From Deinococcus radiodurans R1 = ATCC 13939 = DSM 20539 (GTDB lineage Bacteria; Deinococcota; Deinococci; Deinococcales; Deinococcaceae), in the NCBI RefSeq assembly GCF_000008565.1, contig NC_001263.1, positions 541,213 through 573,212 of the forward strand: a stretch of DNA of 32,000 nt, given 5' to 3'. The notes beneath the pieces are model-generated. The model made no database searches, had not been told where the DNA came from, and saw only the letters and a program-made list of their open reading frames with translations. This document shows, piece after piece, positions 1-7,379 of the stretch. The position numbers and the translations under genes are program-made. Each line of letters opens with the position of its first letter. Within the stretch, counting starts at the first letter, position 1.

Positions 1-226
1 TGCGTTGCACGGGTGACAGGAGCTGAGGCCGCACCGAAAGCGGCGCACGCCGGACAGCAGCGACGACTAGCTCCTGGGCCTTGCGGTACTTCACCTGATC
101 CCAGCCCGCTTGCCCCACCGCCAGAATACCGCCGATGAAAAAAATCAGGACAAAAATCAGGTTCAGCGTCAGGTCACTGAAAGCGATGTAAGGGTTGGTG
201 TCGCCCCGAAGACGCGACGTGCTCAT
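1..226 (-). CDS. MotB/ExbD/ZorB-like stator subunit, N-terminal fragment (gene continues beyond the left edge)
   Basis: Open at the window edge, so absent from the ORF track. The reverse complement of 1-226 reads ATG(226-224) MSTSRLRGDTNPYIAFSDLTLNLIFVLIFFIGGILAVGQAGWDQVKYRKAQELVVAAVRRAPLSVRPQLLSPVQR with no stop. GGAGG (236-232) lies 5 nt upstream of the ATG. A short basic N-terminus is followed by an Asp (FSDL) at the mouth of a single TM helix, which is the MotB-type layout. It starts 24 nt after the stop of the MotA-like gene. Confidence 0.6.
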   Translation of the reverse strand, partial: MSTSRLRGDTNPYIAFSDLTLNLIFVLIFFIGGILAVGQAGWDQVKYRKAQELVVAAVRRAPLSVRPQLLSPVQR

Positions 227-250
227 CCTTCCCTCCAGGCACGGCGGCGC

Positions 251-1486
251 TCAATCCCCACTTTGTACCTCGGCGCGCGAGCGGCTCAGGGCGCGGGACA
301 ATTCGCTGAAGGAGTGATCGAGACGTGCGGCGTAATTGCTCTGCTCGGTGCGGAAGGTCTGGCCCGACTCTTCAAAGCTGTTACTTGCCCGGCCCAGTTG
401 ATCGCCGACACGGGTGATCTGCTTGAGCAGTTCGGACGTGGTGGCCTGCACCGTGTCCTGGAGGCGACTGACCGTCGTCGCTTGCTGAGCGAGGTTCTGC
501 TGCAACTCCGTGCTGCTCGTGCGCAGGGACGAGGCGGCGCTTTCCTGAGCCTGCACCAGGTCCGACACGCCGCGACTCAGGCCCACAGTGAGTTCCTTGA
601 CAGACGTGTCCATCTGCCCGAAAACTTGCTCAATCTGTACACTGGTGTCCGAGAGTTGCGTCAGGCTCTGGCCCAGAGTGTCGCCCGCCTTGCCGAGCAC
701 GCTTTCGAGTTGGACCGCCACGTCTTGCAGCCTCTTGTGAATGTCCTGAAAGCTATTGCCCGCGTCGCGCAGGTAGCGGCCCATGCGCTCCATTTGCGAA
801 GTGATGGCGCGGGGGAAGGTGGCTGGGACAAGTTCGGCGTGTACAAAGGCGTTGAGTTCGTCCTCAAAGGTTTCCTGCGCGCGGGCGGCCAGCGCAAAGG
901 CTACCCCGGTGCCCAGGCTTAGCAGGATGCCCCACAGACTTGCCCCAAACGCCCCCTGCATGACACTCATGGTGCTGGCAAGGGCGTCGGCAAGTTCTCC
1001 CGGCTCTGTGGCCCGCGCGGCGTTGCGGATCGGAGTCACGAGGGTTCCGATTGACCCGGCGAGGCCCATCACCGTGCCCAGCAAACCAGCGAGCATCAGC
1101 AGGTTGGGAATGTTGCGCGCCGACGAGAGGCCAGCTTGTGCGGCGGCGCCCACGGCCTGCGTCGCCGCCTGCAAGTCCGGCGTGGCAAGAGTCCGGGCGC
1201 GGGTCACAGCCACCACCGCTTGCCGCACGGCGCTGGTGGCGGGCAAGGCCTGCGCGGCACGCCAGGCGTCCTCAGCCACTTCGTCGGATTCTGGCGGGTC
1301 CTCGGTGTCTAGGGCAGGCAAGACTACCTGGCGGATTTGTTCTAGAAAGCTCCGTTCCTGTTGGCGCCGCTGACGAGCCACGGCCAGGGCCCGCATGAAG
1401 TAAAGAGTAAGCGGCAACATGACGGCGAGCAGGACCAGCCAGCCTTCGGGCCTCAACTGAAAGAGGGTATTCAGAAATTCACTCAT
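251..1486 (-). CDS. MotA/TolQ/ExbB-family channel subunit with a ~210-aa C-terminal helical/coiled-coil tail (ZorA-like architecture)
   Basis: 411-aa ORF. TM1 is GWLVLLAVMLPLTLYFMRALAV. The hallmark MotA/ExbB core is NIPNLLMLAGLLGTVMGLAGSIG (compare the LGLLGTV.G motif of TolQ/ExbB), followed by ADALASTMSVMQGAFGASLWGILLSLGTGVAFALAA. Residues ~205-411 are Ser/Thr/Gln/Leu-rich with heptad-like periodicity. Only 3 nt separate it from the upstream gene's stop. Confidence 0.8.
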   Translation of the reverse strand: MSEFLNTLFQLRPEGWLVLLAVMLPLTLYFMRALAVARQRRQQERSFLEQIRQVVLPALDTEDPPESDEVAEDAWRAAQALPATSAVRQAVVAVTRARTLATPDLQAATQAVGAAAQAGLSSARNIPNLLMLAGLLGTVMGLAGSIGTLVTPIRNAARATEPGELADALASTMSVMQGAFGASLWGILLSLGTGVAFALAARAQETFEDELNAFVHAELVPATFPRAITSQMERMGRYLRDAGNSFQDIHKRLQDVAVQLESVLGKAGDTLGQSLTQLSDTSVQIEQVFGQMDTSVKELTVGLSRGVSDLVQAQESAASSLRTSSTELQQNLAQQATTVSRLQDTVQATTSELLKQITRVGDQLGRASNSFEESGQTFRTEQSNYAARLDHSFSELSRALSRSRAEVQSGD

Positions 1487-1489
1487 GGT

Positions 1490-4400
1490 TTACCCGAACA
1501 CGCTGTAGCGTTGGCCGAAGGGATGCTCAACGTCATCAGGGTGGTATTCGCACTTCAGGCCCTGGCCGATGACGTCCTCGAAGGTTTCGCCCACTGGGCC
1601 ACCACAGACCCGGCAGTAGTACCCCTGAGTGTTGGCAACGCGGCCTTTGGGCAGCCGTTCTCCCTTGTCCTTGTACAGGCCGTCAATGAGGTTGTTATCG
1701 GGCGGAAATGTCTCCAGCAGGGCCTGTCTCAGGTCAGCATCCTGCGTCAGGTACGCCATCAGGGCCGTCTGGGCTGCCTGATCGCTCCAGTCCCGAACAG
1801 CGCGGGCGCTGCTGCTGCTCATATTGTCGTGTAGCCATTTGACGTAAGCCTGCCTTCCCTCGGCGGGCGTGGGGTAACGGCCCACGATGGCTTTGCGCCG
1901 TGCCTCTATCTCGCTACGCAGGTACGTCGCGGCATTTGTGAGGCTCTTGGAGGGCCGCGAGCTGTCCTGCGGCTCAAAGGCCAGTTGCCGCGCGGCCTTG
2001 CCGAAGCTGCCCGCAAAGCGCCGCGCCCGCTTTTCCGGTTCAGTGGGTTCGCCGGGCTGCTGTGGCCACTCCATGACCAGGTGCCCGCCCGTCAGTTGCA
2101 GGTTGCCGTGGAGAGCTGAAAGGAAGACCAACTGCTCTGCTTCCTGGAGCTTGCGAATTTCCGCGTCGTTGATGGGTGTCCAGTCAATGTCGCTGCGTTT
2201 GCGGGTAAAGTAGGTGTTGAAGCGGGTGGGCTTGCTGTACGACAGTTCACGCACGTCGTCTGCACCGCGCAGAGCAAAGCGGTACCACTCCTCGAGCATC
2301 ACGACGCGGTAAGGATCGATGCCCTCGGTTTCCTTTGCCTCGGGGGACTTGTTCACCCACGGCTGGATAGCGCGGCGGAAGTCGGGAGTCATGTGCATGC
2401 CGACCAGCAGCTTGCGGCGCGGCAAAGGGCTCATGGGGTCCACCTGACCGAGGGGCTCATTGAGCTGCAAGAACAGCTCGGCCTGGGTGGCGGCGTGCAT
2501 GGCCTGACTGTCCGGATCGAAGCTCGGGCTGCGCTGCTCGTAAAGGCGGCGAATCACGTCCTTACCACTGCTGCGTAGGCTGCTCTCGAACGGTTCTACA
2601 GCGGCCTGTTCCAGTGCGTTGAGCTGCGCCCGCTCGAAGTTGTCCTGGCCGACGGCCCAGGCTCCCAGCAACCAGTCGGGGTCGTTGACGCCTGGCAAGA
2701 CGCCCTTGACCAGTGCGTCCCAGGAGCGGATCAGGCGTGCCGCGTGGGCCTCGCGCTGCTTGTCACTGACCGCCAGTTCCTGCTCCTTGTCCACCGAGCC
2801 ATTCGGAGAAGGCTCGAACAAAGACAGACCGTTGACGCTGGCTGAGTCGTTTTCCAGACGGGCACGGGTATCGCGCCAGCGGTCGGCCTGGTTGGTCAGG
2901 CGGCGGCGCAGCATGGTCAGGCGCCGGGTCAGCTTCTCGGCTTCCTCCTCGACGATGCTGAGTGTGCCGGCCTCGGTCTTCTGGCCGCTGCCCCGGTCGG
3001 CAAAGACCTCGCGGACCTTTTGATTGACGCGTGACTTGATCTCGTCGTCCAGAGCGCGGCTTAGGGCGGGATACAGTTGCTGCGACGCCTTGCCTTTCAG
3101 GAAGAACATGCCGAGCAAGGTGTTGGTCCGGATGGTGTCGAGCTCATCCAGCACGCCGTTCGCCGCGCCTGACTTGCCCTCGCTGGGTTCCCAGCCACGC
3201 AGTTCGCCCACGCGGGGCTGCACTCCCTGCATAACCTCCAGCAAGACGTTGGGGCCTTGGTCATAGTCGAGCAGGCGGCTGCTCACTAGGCCGCGCACGT
3301 TCTCCATGACGCGTTCAGCCGCCACGCGGCGGTTGTCGTTAACGGTGCGGTGAACCAGGCCGCGCAGACCCTCGCCGGTGTCCCGGTCAAAGGCACTCCG
3401 CAGGTCTTTCACAGCGTCGCGTGCGCCCTGTACGTTGCCATTACGCACAGCACGCATCACTTCGTTCTTCTTGGCGTCCAGGCTGGCACGGACACTCGCG
3501 CCGGAGGCGTCCAGCAACAGGGATTCGGTCAGGTTAGGGATGGTCAGCCCCATGGTGTCCAGGTCCTCTTCGAGCCGGCCCTCGTACTTGCGGTCTTTCC
3601 AGCGGTCGACGGCGTGCACCAGCGTCCGGTATTTCAGCGCTTCCAGGATGCGCCGCATCGGGTACTCAATGGTGGATAGACCAAAGGTGGAGAAGGCGAA
3701 GGCGCGGCCCTGTTGCACGGTCACGGGGCCAGCGTTCACCATGTAGGCCATCGGGTCGGTCTCCGGCACAAATACGTTCAGGAACATGCGGTCGGCAATG
3801 GCATTGGACAGGCGCAGCAGATCCATCGTCTCCGTACTGTTCGGGCGTAGCAGGTAGACGAGGTCATAGGGCATGGCGTCCCCCGGCAAGATGGCCGTTC
3901 CCTCGGGTTTATCGGGGTACTTGATGCTCTGGTAGCGCTCGCGGTCGTTGTGCAGGTGGTACTGGTTCAGTTCGGCGAGGGCGTGATAGGCGTTCGTTTT
4001 CCAGATTTCCGCGTCGGGTTTTTGGGCGATCCCCAGGTCAGGATGCGGCAGGGTAAACATCCCCAGCGTCTTCTCTTCCTCACTCAGGATGGTGCGCAGC
4101 AAAATGCCTACATCACTGGCGGTGCCGCTACAGGTTCCGCCGCAGAGCGTGCCCACGACGATGACACGGACCCCGGTCTGTCCGCTGGCCTGGTTCACCG
4201 CAAACTGCACGGACATTTCCAGGCCGGCATTGTCCTTGTTGAGTGCGGCTTTGGCCTGCGCTTCAGTCAGGTTCCGCAGCCGTGCCACTCGTTGCGAAAT
4301 GGCATTCTTGATCTCATTGTAGTTGGGCGGATAAAGCAGAGCGAGCCGCCCCACCATACGGATATGACCTGCGCCGGAGTCAATGCTCTGAGCGGGCAAT

Positions 4401-4702
4401 TGCCCCAGCGTTTCCAGGTCTGCCCAGGTGTTCAGGGCGATGCTGGCGTCGTACAGCTCAGGGCGATTGAGCATGTCCCGCCACGCCGTAGCTGGCACCC
4501 CGAGCGTCTTGAAATCGTCCGTGCCGTTGAAACGGTTGGGCTTCGCCACGTCCGTCTCCACCGCCAGAAACTCCACCCACGGGGCGCGGCTGAGGCCTCC
4601 GACTTCCCAATCGATTCGGTCTGCCAGAGATTCCAGAATTTCCGTCCCGGTGCTGCCCAACCCGATGACGAGAGTTTTAAAGACGCGCATGTTTTCTGCC
4701 AT
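1490..4702 (-). CDS. Giant tubulin/FtsZ-superfamily GTPase-like protein (1070 aa) with a long helical C-terminal region and a terminal Cys/His knuckle
   Basis: The N-terminal ~350 aa carry three loops in canonical order. T1-like: LVIGLGSTGTE (res 11-21; FtsZ GxGGGGxN). T3-like: DSGAGHIRMVGR (res 108-119; FtsZ GLGAGxNPxxGR). T4 signature-like: VVGTLCGGTCSGTASD (res 182-197; FtsZ/tubulin GGGTGxG). The C-terminus ends in YYCRVCGGPVG...LKCEYHPDD. The ATG overlaps the upstream TAA (TAATG at 4700-4704). Confidence 0.85.
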   Translation of the reverse strand: MAENMRVFKTLVIGLGSTGTEILESLADRIDWEVGGLSRAPWVEFLAVETDVAKPNRFNGTDDFKTLGVPATAWRDMLNRPELYDASIALNTWADLETLGQLPAQSIDSGAGHIRMVGRLALLYPPNYNEIKNAISQRVARLRNLTEAQAKAALNKDNAGLEMSVQFAVNQASGQTGVRVIVVGTLCGGTCSGTASDVGILLRTILSEEEKTLGMFTLPHPDLGIAQKPDAEIWKTNAYHALAELNQYHLHNDRERYQSIKYPDKPEGTAILPGDAMPYDLVYLLRPNSTETMDLLRLSNAIADRMFLNVFVPETDPMAYMVNAGPVTVQQGRAFAFSTFGLSTIEYPMRRILEALKYRTLVHAVDRWKDRKYEGRLEEDLDTMGLTIPNLTESLLLDASGASVRASLDAKKNEVMRAVRNGNVQGARDAVKDLRSAFDRDTGEGLRGLVHRTVNDNRRVAAERVMENVRGLVSSRLLDYDQGPNVLLEVMQGVQPRVGELRGWEPSEGKSGAANGVLDELDTIRTNTLLGMFFLKGKASQQLYPALSRALDDEIKSRVNQKVREVFADRGSGQKTEAGTLSIVEEEAEKLTRRLTMLRRRLTNQADRWRDTRARLENDSASVNGLSLFEPSPNGSVDKEQELAVSDKQREAHAARLIRSWDALVKGVLPGVNDPDWLLGAWAVGQDNFERAQLNALEQAAVEPFESSLRSSGKDVIRRLYEQRSPSFDPDSQAMHAATQAELFLQLNEPLGQVDPMSPLPRRKLLVGMHMTPDFRRAIQPWVNKSPEAKETEGIDPYRVVMLEEWYRFALRGADDVRELSYSKPTRFNTYFTRKRSDIDWTPINDAEIRKLQEAEQLVFLSALHGNLQLTGGHLVMEWPQQPGEPTEPEKRARRFAGSFGKAARQLAFEPQDSSRPSKSLTNAATYLRSEIEARRKAIVGRYPTPAEGRQAYVKWLHDNMSSSSARAVRDWSDQAAQTALMAYLTQDADLRQALLETFPPDNNLIDGLYKDKGERLPKGRVANTQGYYCRVCGGPVGETFEDVIGQGLKCEYHPDDVEHPFGQRYSVFG

Positions 4703-5031
4703 TAGGCTCGGGCTCCCATTTTTGAGAAGATGACGTGAAGGATGATGGCCAGCAGCAGGAAGGTCAGGGTCACTGCTCCCAGGTAGATCAGGTCGGTCGG
4801 TTTGAAGAGGAAATAAGCTCCGGCTGCCAGCGCTACGGCCAGCAACAGCAGGGCGATGTTCATGCCCTGATTGGCCGCATCAACCGCCGACCGATTGCCC
4901 GCACCGAAAAACACATGCGCGAACGCCACTGAAACCGCGTACCACAGCAGCACGGTGCCCAGAATGGTCAGCCAGAAGTTCATCTGGGTATAGAGAGGAA
5001 CAACTTGCTTGAAAATGTCGTTGAAATCCAT
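4702..5031 (-). CDS. Small 3-TM membrane protein (109 aa), function unknown
   Basis: Three hydrophobic helices: FWLTILGTVLLWYAVSVAFAHVFF, MNIALLLLAVALAAGAYFLF and LIYLGAVTLTFLLLAIILHVIF. The start overlaps the upstream stop (TGATG at 5029-5033) and the stop overlaps the downstream start. Confidence 0.7.
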   Translation of the reverse strand: MDFNDIFKQVVPLYTQMNFWLTILGTVLLWYAVSVAFAHVFFGAGNRSAVDAANQGMNIALLLLAVALAAGAYFLFKPTDLIYLGAVTLTFLLLAIILHVIFSKMGARA

Positions 5032-6350
5032 CAGTGGTCTCCCTGCTGATAAGAAAGGGTGAGAGAGCGTGTGATTTCACGCGGCACGCCGCCCGCGCCG
5101 CGCACCTCGCCGGTCAGTTCAAGTTGATGGTCAGGCTGATCGAGGCGCAGGGGAAAAGAAGCCGCGTTTCCCACCGCCACACGGCCATCGACGCTGCTCA
5201 GCGTGACGGCTTCACTCGTGCCGCGCACCTTAAGGTCCTTGCCGACCCGGACGAGTTCGGCAATCCGTTCGGCTGGAAGGCCCTGCACCGGCACGACCGC
5301 TACCCCTTCCTCGCTGTAGCCAGGGCCAGCAATCACGCAGAAGGGCCTGCCGTTGGGCATATCGCGGAGGCTGAAGTTCGAATCTCCAACGCGCAGGCTG
5401 CCCCGCGCTCCACCTTGCCCGCCGCCCTTGATGAGCATCCAAACCAAGCCTCCGATCAGCCCAAGCCCCAGCAGGCCCAGAAGAAAGGGAGCAGCGGAGC
5501 CGTTCTTCTTTTCTGCTTTGACCGGCTGAGCACTCTGGTCAAGTTGCTGTGTACGGGTGGTGTTGCCCAGAGGAGTGGCCGTAAACGTCTTGGGCAGCAA
5601 CACGACGGCTTGCATCTGCCCCGGTACGGCGCCGCCGGGTGTTTTGATGGTGTAGGGAATATTCAGGGTGGCGCCGTCCTGCGTCCCAGCGACCCGCGTC
5701 CATGTCTCCAGCATCTTCTGATAACTCCCAGCATTGGTGCCGAGCAGCTTCGTACCTGCTGAGCCGACGCTGGCTGCCGTATTGGTCAGCAGAATCAAAA
5801 CGGTATCTGGTGAATTCGCGAATTCCTTCGTGAACGATACAGCGGCCCTTTCCGTATCGTGCCCTCCCGCGCTCCCTACTGCGGGCGTGGTGGGCCACAA
5901 CCGCTCCACACCGCCTTTATCGGCCTGACTGTCTGTGCCGATCTGCTGGGTAAGCCCCTGGGCATTCCTAAACGCCCAGGGCTTGAGTTCCCAGGCGCGT
6001 GCTGTCACCTGGTCGCCGGTCATTGCTTCACGTGCAATGAACTGCGAGGCCACTTCCCGTGCCGCCTGTGCGCCCAGCGGATCAGACTTGAAGTGCCCAG
6101 TGCTGAACGCCATTACCCAATGGACGTTTTGCTTATCCAAGTCGCCGCCCGCCGCTGTGACAGCCTCATTCACACTGCTCAATAAGCGGTCAACTCCTGG
6201 CTTGAGGCTAGAGCGCATCAATTCGGTTTTACCTCTGACATCTTGCGCCTGCACTGTGCTTGAGAGCATCAAGGCCGCTGTCAGCCAACCAATAAGGGGT
6301 AAGTCTGGGCTTCTGAAATGAGGTCTAAGGGAACGTGAAGTTTTGTACAT
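5031..6350 (-). CDS. Bitopic membrane protein: signal peptide, ~290-aa extracytoplasmic domain, one TM helix, ~125-aa cytoplasmic domain; function unknown
   Basis: The ORF extends to 6467. The Met at 6350 gives MYKTSRSLRPHFRSPDLPLIGWLTAALMLSSTVQA/QD, which looks like a signal peptide. Alternative starts are 6395 and 6467. TM helix AAPFLLGLLGLGLIGGLVWMLIKG lies at nt ~5427-5495. It is the first gene of the operon. Confidence 0.7.
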   Translation of the reverse strand: MYKTSRSLRPHFRSPDLPLIGWLTAALMLSSTVQAQDVRGKTELMRSSLKPGVDRLLSSVNEAVTAAGGDLDKQNVHWVMAFSTGHFKSDPLGAQAAREVASQFIAREAMTGDQVTARAWELKPWAFRNAQGLTQQIGTDSQADKGGVERLWPTTPAVGSAGGHDTERAAVSFTKEFANSPDTVLILLTNTAASVGSAGTKLLGTNAGSYQKMLETWTRVAGTQDGATLNIPYTIKTPGGAVPGQMQAVVLLPKTFTATPLGNTTRTQQLDQSAQPVKAEKKNGSAAPFLLGLLGLGLIGGLVWMLIKGGGQGGARGSLRVGDSNFSLRDMPNGRPFCVIAGPGYSEEGVAVVPVQGLPAERIAELVRVGKDLKVRGTSEAVTLSSVDGRVAVGNAASFPLRLDQPDHQLELTGEVRGAGGVPREITRSLTLSYQQGDH

Positions 6351-6419
6351 AAGAATGATGTAACCTCGCTTAACCGAAGCATACGACCTTCTCATGACAC
6401 TGCTGTCACATTGTTGGGC

Positions 6420-6447
6420 TTTATAGGTGGAGGCAAGGGAAAAGTAA
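6420..6447 (-). promoter_or_regulatory. Candidate sigma70-type promoter of the tubulin-like/MotAB-like operon
   Basis: The minus strand reads TTACTT (6447-6442), a 16-nt spacer, then TATAAA (6425-6420). It sits in a locally AT-rich stretch between the DUF72 terminator and the first operon gene. Pattern match only. Confidence 0.3.
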
Positions 6448-6525
6448 GGACCAATGTGACGTTTCACTTGTGGTCCCTAAACAGGGTAGGCTGCCCGCAC
6501 GTGCTGATAGTTCGACTGCTAACTA

Positions 6526-6560
6526 AACGAAAAATCCCTTGCCTGCGGGCGGGGATTTGT
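6526..6560 (-). terminator. Rho-independent terminator downstream of the DUF72 gene
   Basis: The minus strand reads AAATCCCCGCCCGCAGGCAAGGGATTTTTCGTTT. A 7-bp stem (AAATCCC/GGGATTT) is followed by a T-run, immediately after the DUF72 stop at 6561. Confidence 0.6.
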
Positions 6561-7358
6561 TCATTTGGGGTCAGGCTGGCAAGAGGTTTGCCTTTCCGAC
6601 TGTGCTGAACTCAACAAGTTCCGTAAAATCAGCCCGTTTTCTACCGCTGCCCCCACCGCCGTGTTGTCGAAGATGACCCATACGTCGCCAGAATTCGCCT
6701 GCACCTGCGCTGCCAACCTTGCCAGTTGTGAATCCAAGTAGCTGCTGGAATACATCTTCGGTGAGCCGTGCCAGCGGTAATACACCATGCTAAGGCTGCC
6801 GCCAGGGTGCGCGGCGGCGGGCACCTTCGCGGGGTCGGCGGCCACGCGGCTCACGTTCAGGTCGCGCAGCAGGGCGTCCACTTCCGGGGTGAACCAGCTG
6901 GCGTGACGCGGTTCGCACACAGTCCGGGCGAGGGTCATCCCGTGCAGCAAGCTGAAGAAGTCCTCTACAACGTCCCGCTCGAAGCTCAGGCTGGGTGGCA
7001 ACTGCACTAGCAGTGGCCCCAGCTTTTCACCCAGATGGCTGACCTGCTCTACAAACTCGGCCAGCGGCGCGGCGCACTCTCGCAATCTGGCCGTGTGCGT
7101 CACGGCTTTGGGCACCTTGACGCTGAAGCGAAAGCCCTGCTGCACGCTGGCCGCCCAGCGCGCGTAGGTGGCCGGGCGGTGGGGGCGGTAAAACGACGAA
7201 TTGATTTCGGCGGCATTGAAGCGGGTGGCGTAGCGTTGCAGCACGCTGTCGCCTGGGCCGAAGCGCTCCTGCTGCTCGCGGCTCAGGCCCCAGCCTGCCG
7301 TGCCCAGGGCGACATGCTGTGTCTTCTGGTGCTGCGGCGGTTCGAGCAGCTTCATCAC
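6561..7358 (-). CDS. DUF72 (UPF0759/YecE-like) family protein
   Basis: LGTAGWGL...LQRYATRFNAAEINSSFYRPHRPATYARWAASVQQGFRFSVKVPKAVTH matches the characteristic DUF72 N-terminal pattern (GTSGW ... vEiNstFY ... W ... gF.FsvK). Confidence 0.85.
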   Translation of the reverse strand: MMKLLEPPQHQKTQHVALGTAGWGLSREQQERFGPGDSVLQRYATRFNAAEINSSFYRPHRPATYARWAASVQQGFRFSVKVPKAVTHTARLRECAAPLAEFVEQVSHLGEKLGPLLVQLPPSLSFERDVVEDFFSLLHGMTLARTVCEPRHASWFTPEVDALLRDLNVSRVAADPAKVPAAAHPGGSLSMVYYRWHGSPKMYSSSYLDSQLARLAAQVQANSGDVWVIFDNTAVGAAVENGLILRNLLSSAQSERQTSCQPDPK

Positions 7359-7379
7359 CTGAGGCTACTGCAAGACCCT

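Noticed and set aside
110-922. 270-aa plus-strand ORF at the left end
   Set aside because: It is antisense to the MotA-like gene, Arg/Ala/Gly/Leu-rich and matches no family pattern. This is the typical shadow ORF of GC-rich coding DNA. The minus-strand frame carries clear MotA/ExbB motifs.
5034-6200. vWA-like or FHA-like assignment for the domains of the first operon protein
   Set aside because: Segments such as VLILLTNT, GGHDTERA and the C-terminal LRVGDSNFSL superficially recall vWA and FHA elements. However, the MIDAS DxSxS and the FHA GR...SxxH signatures are absent. The domains are left unassigned.
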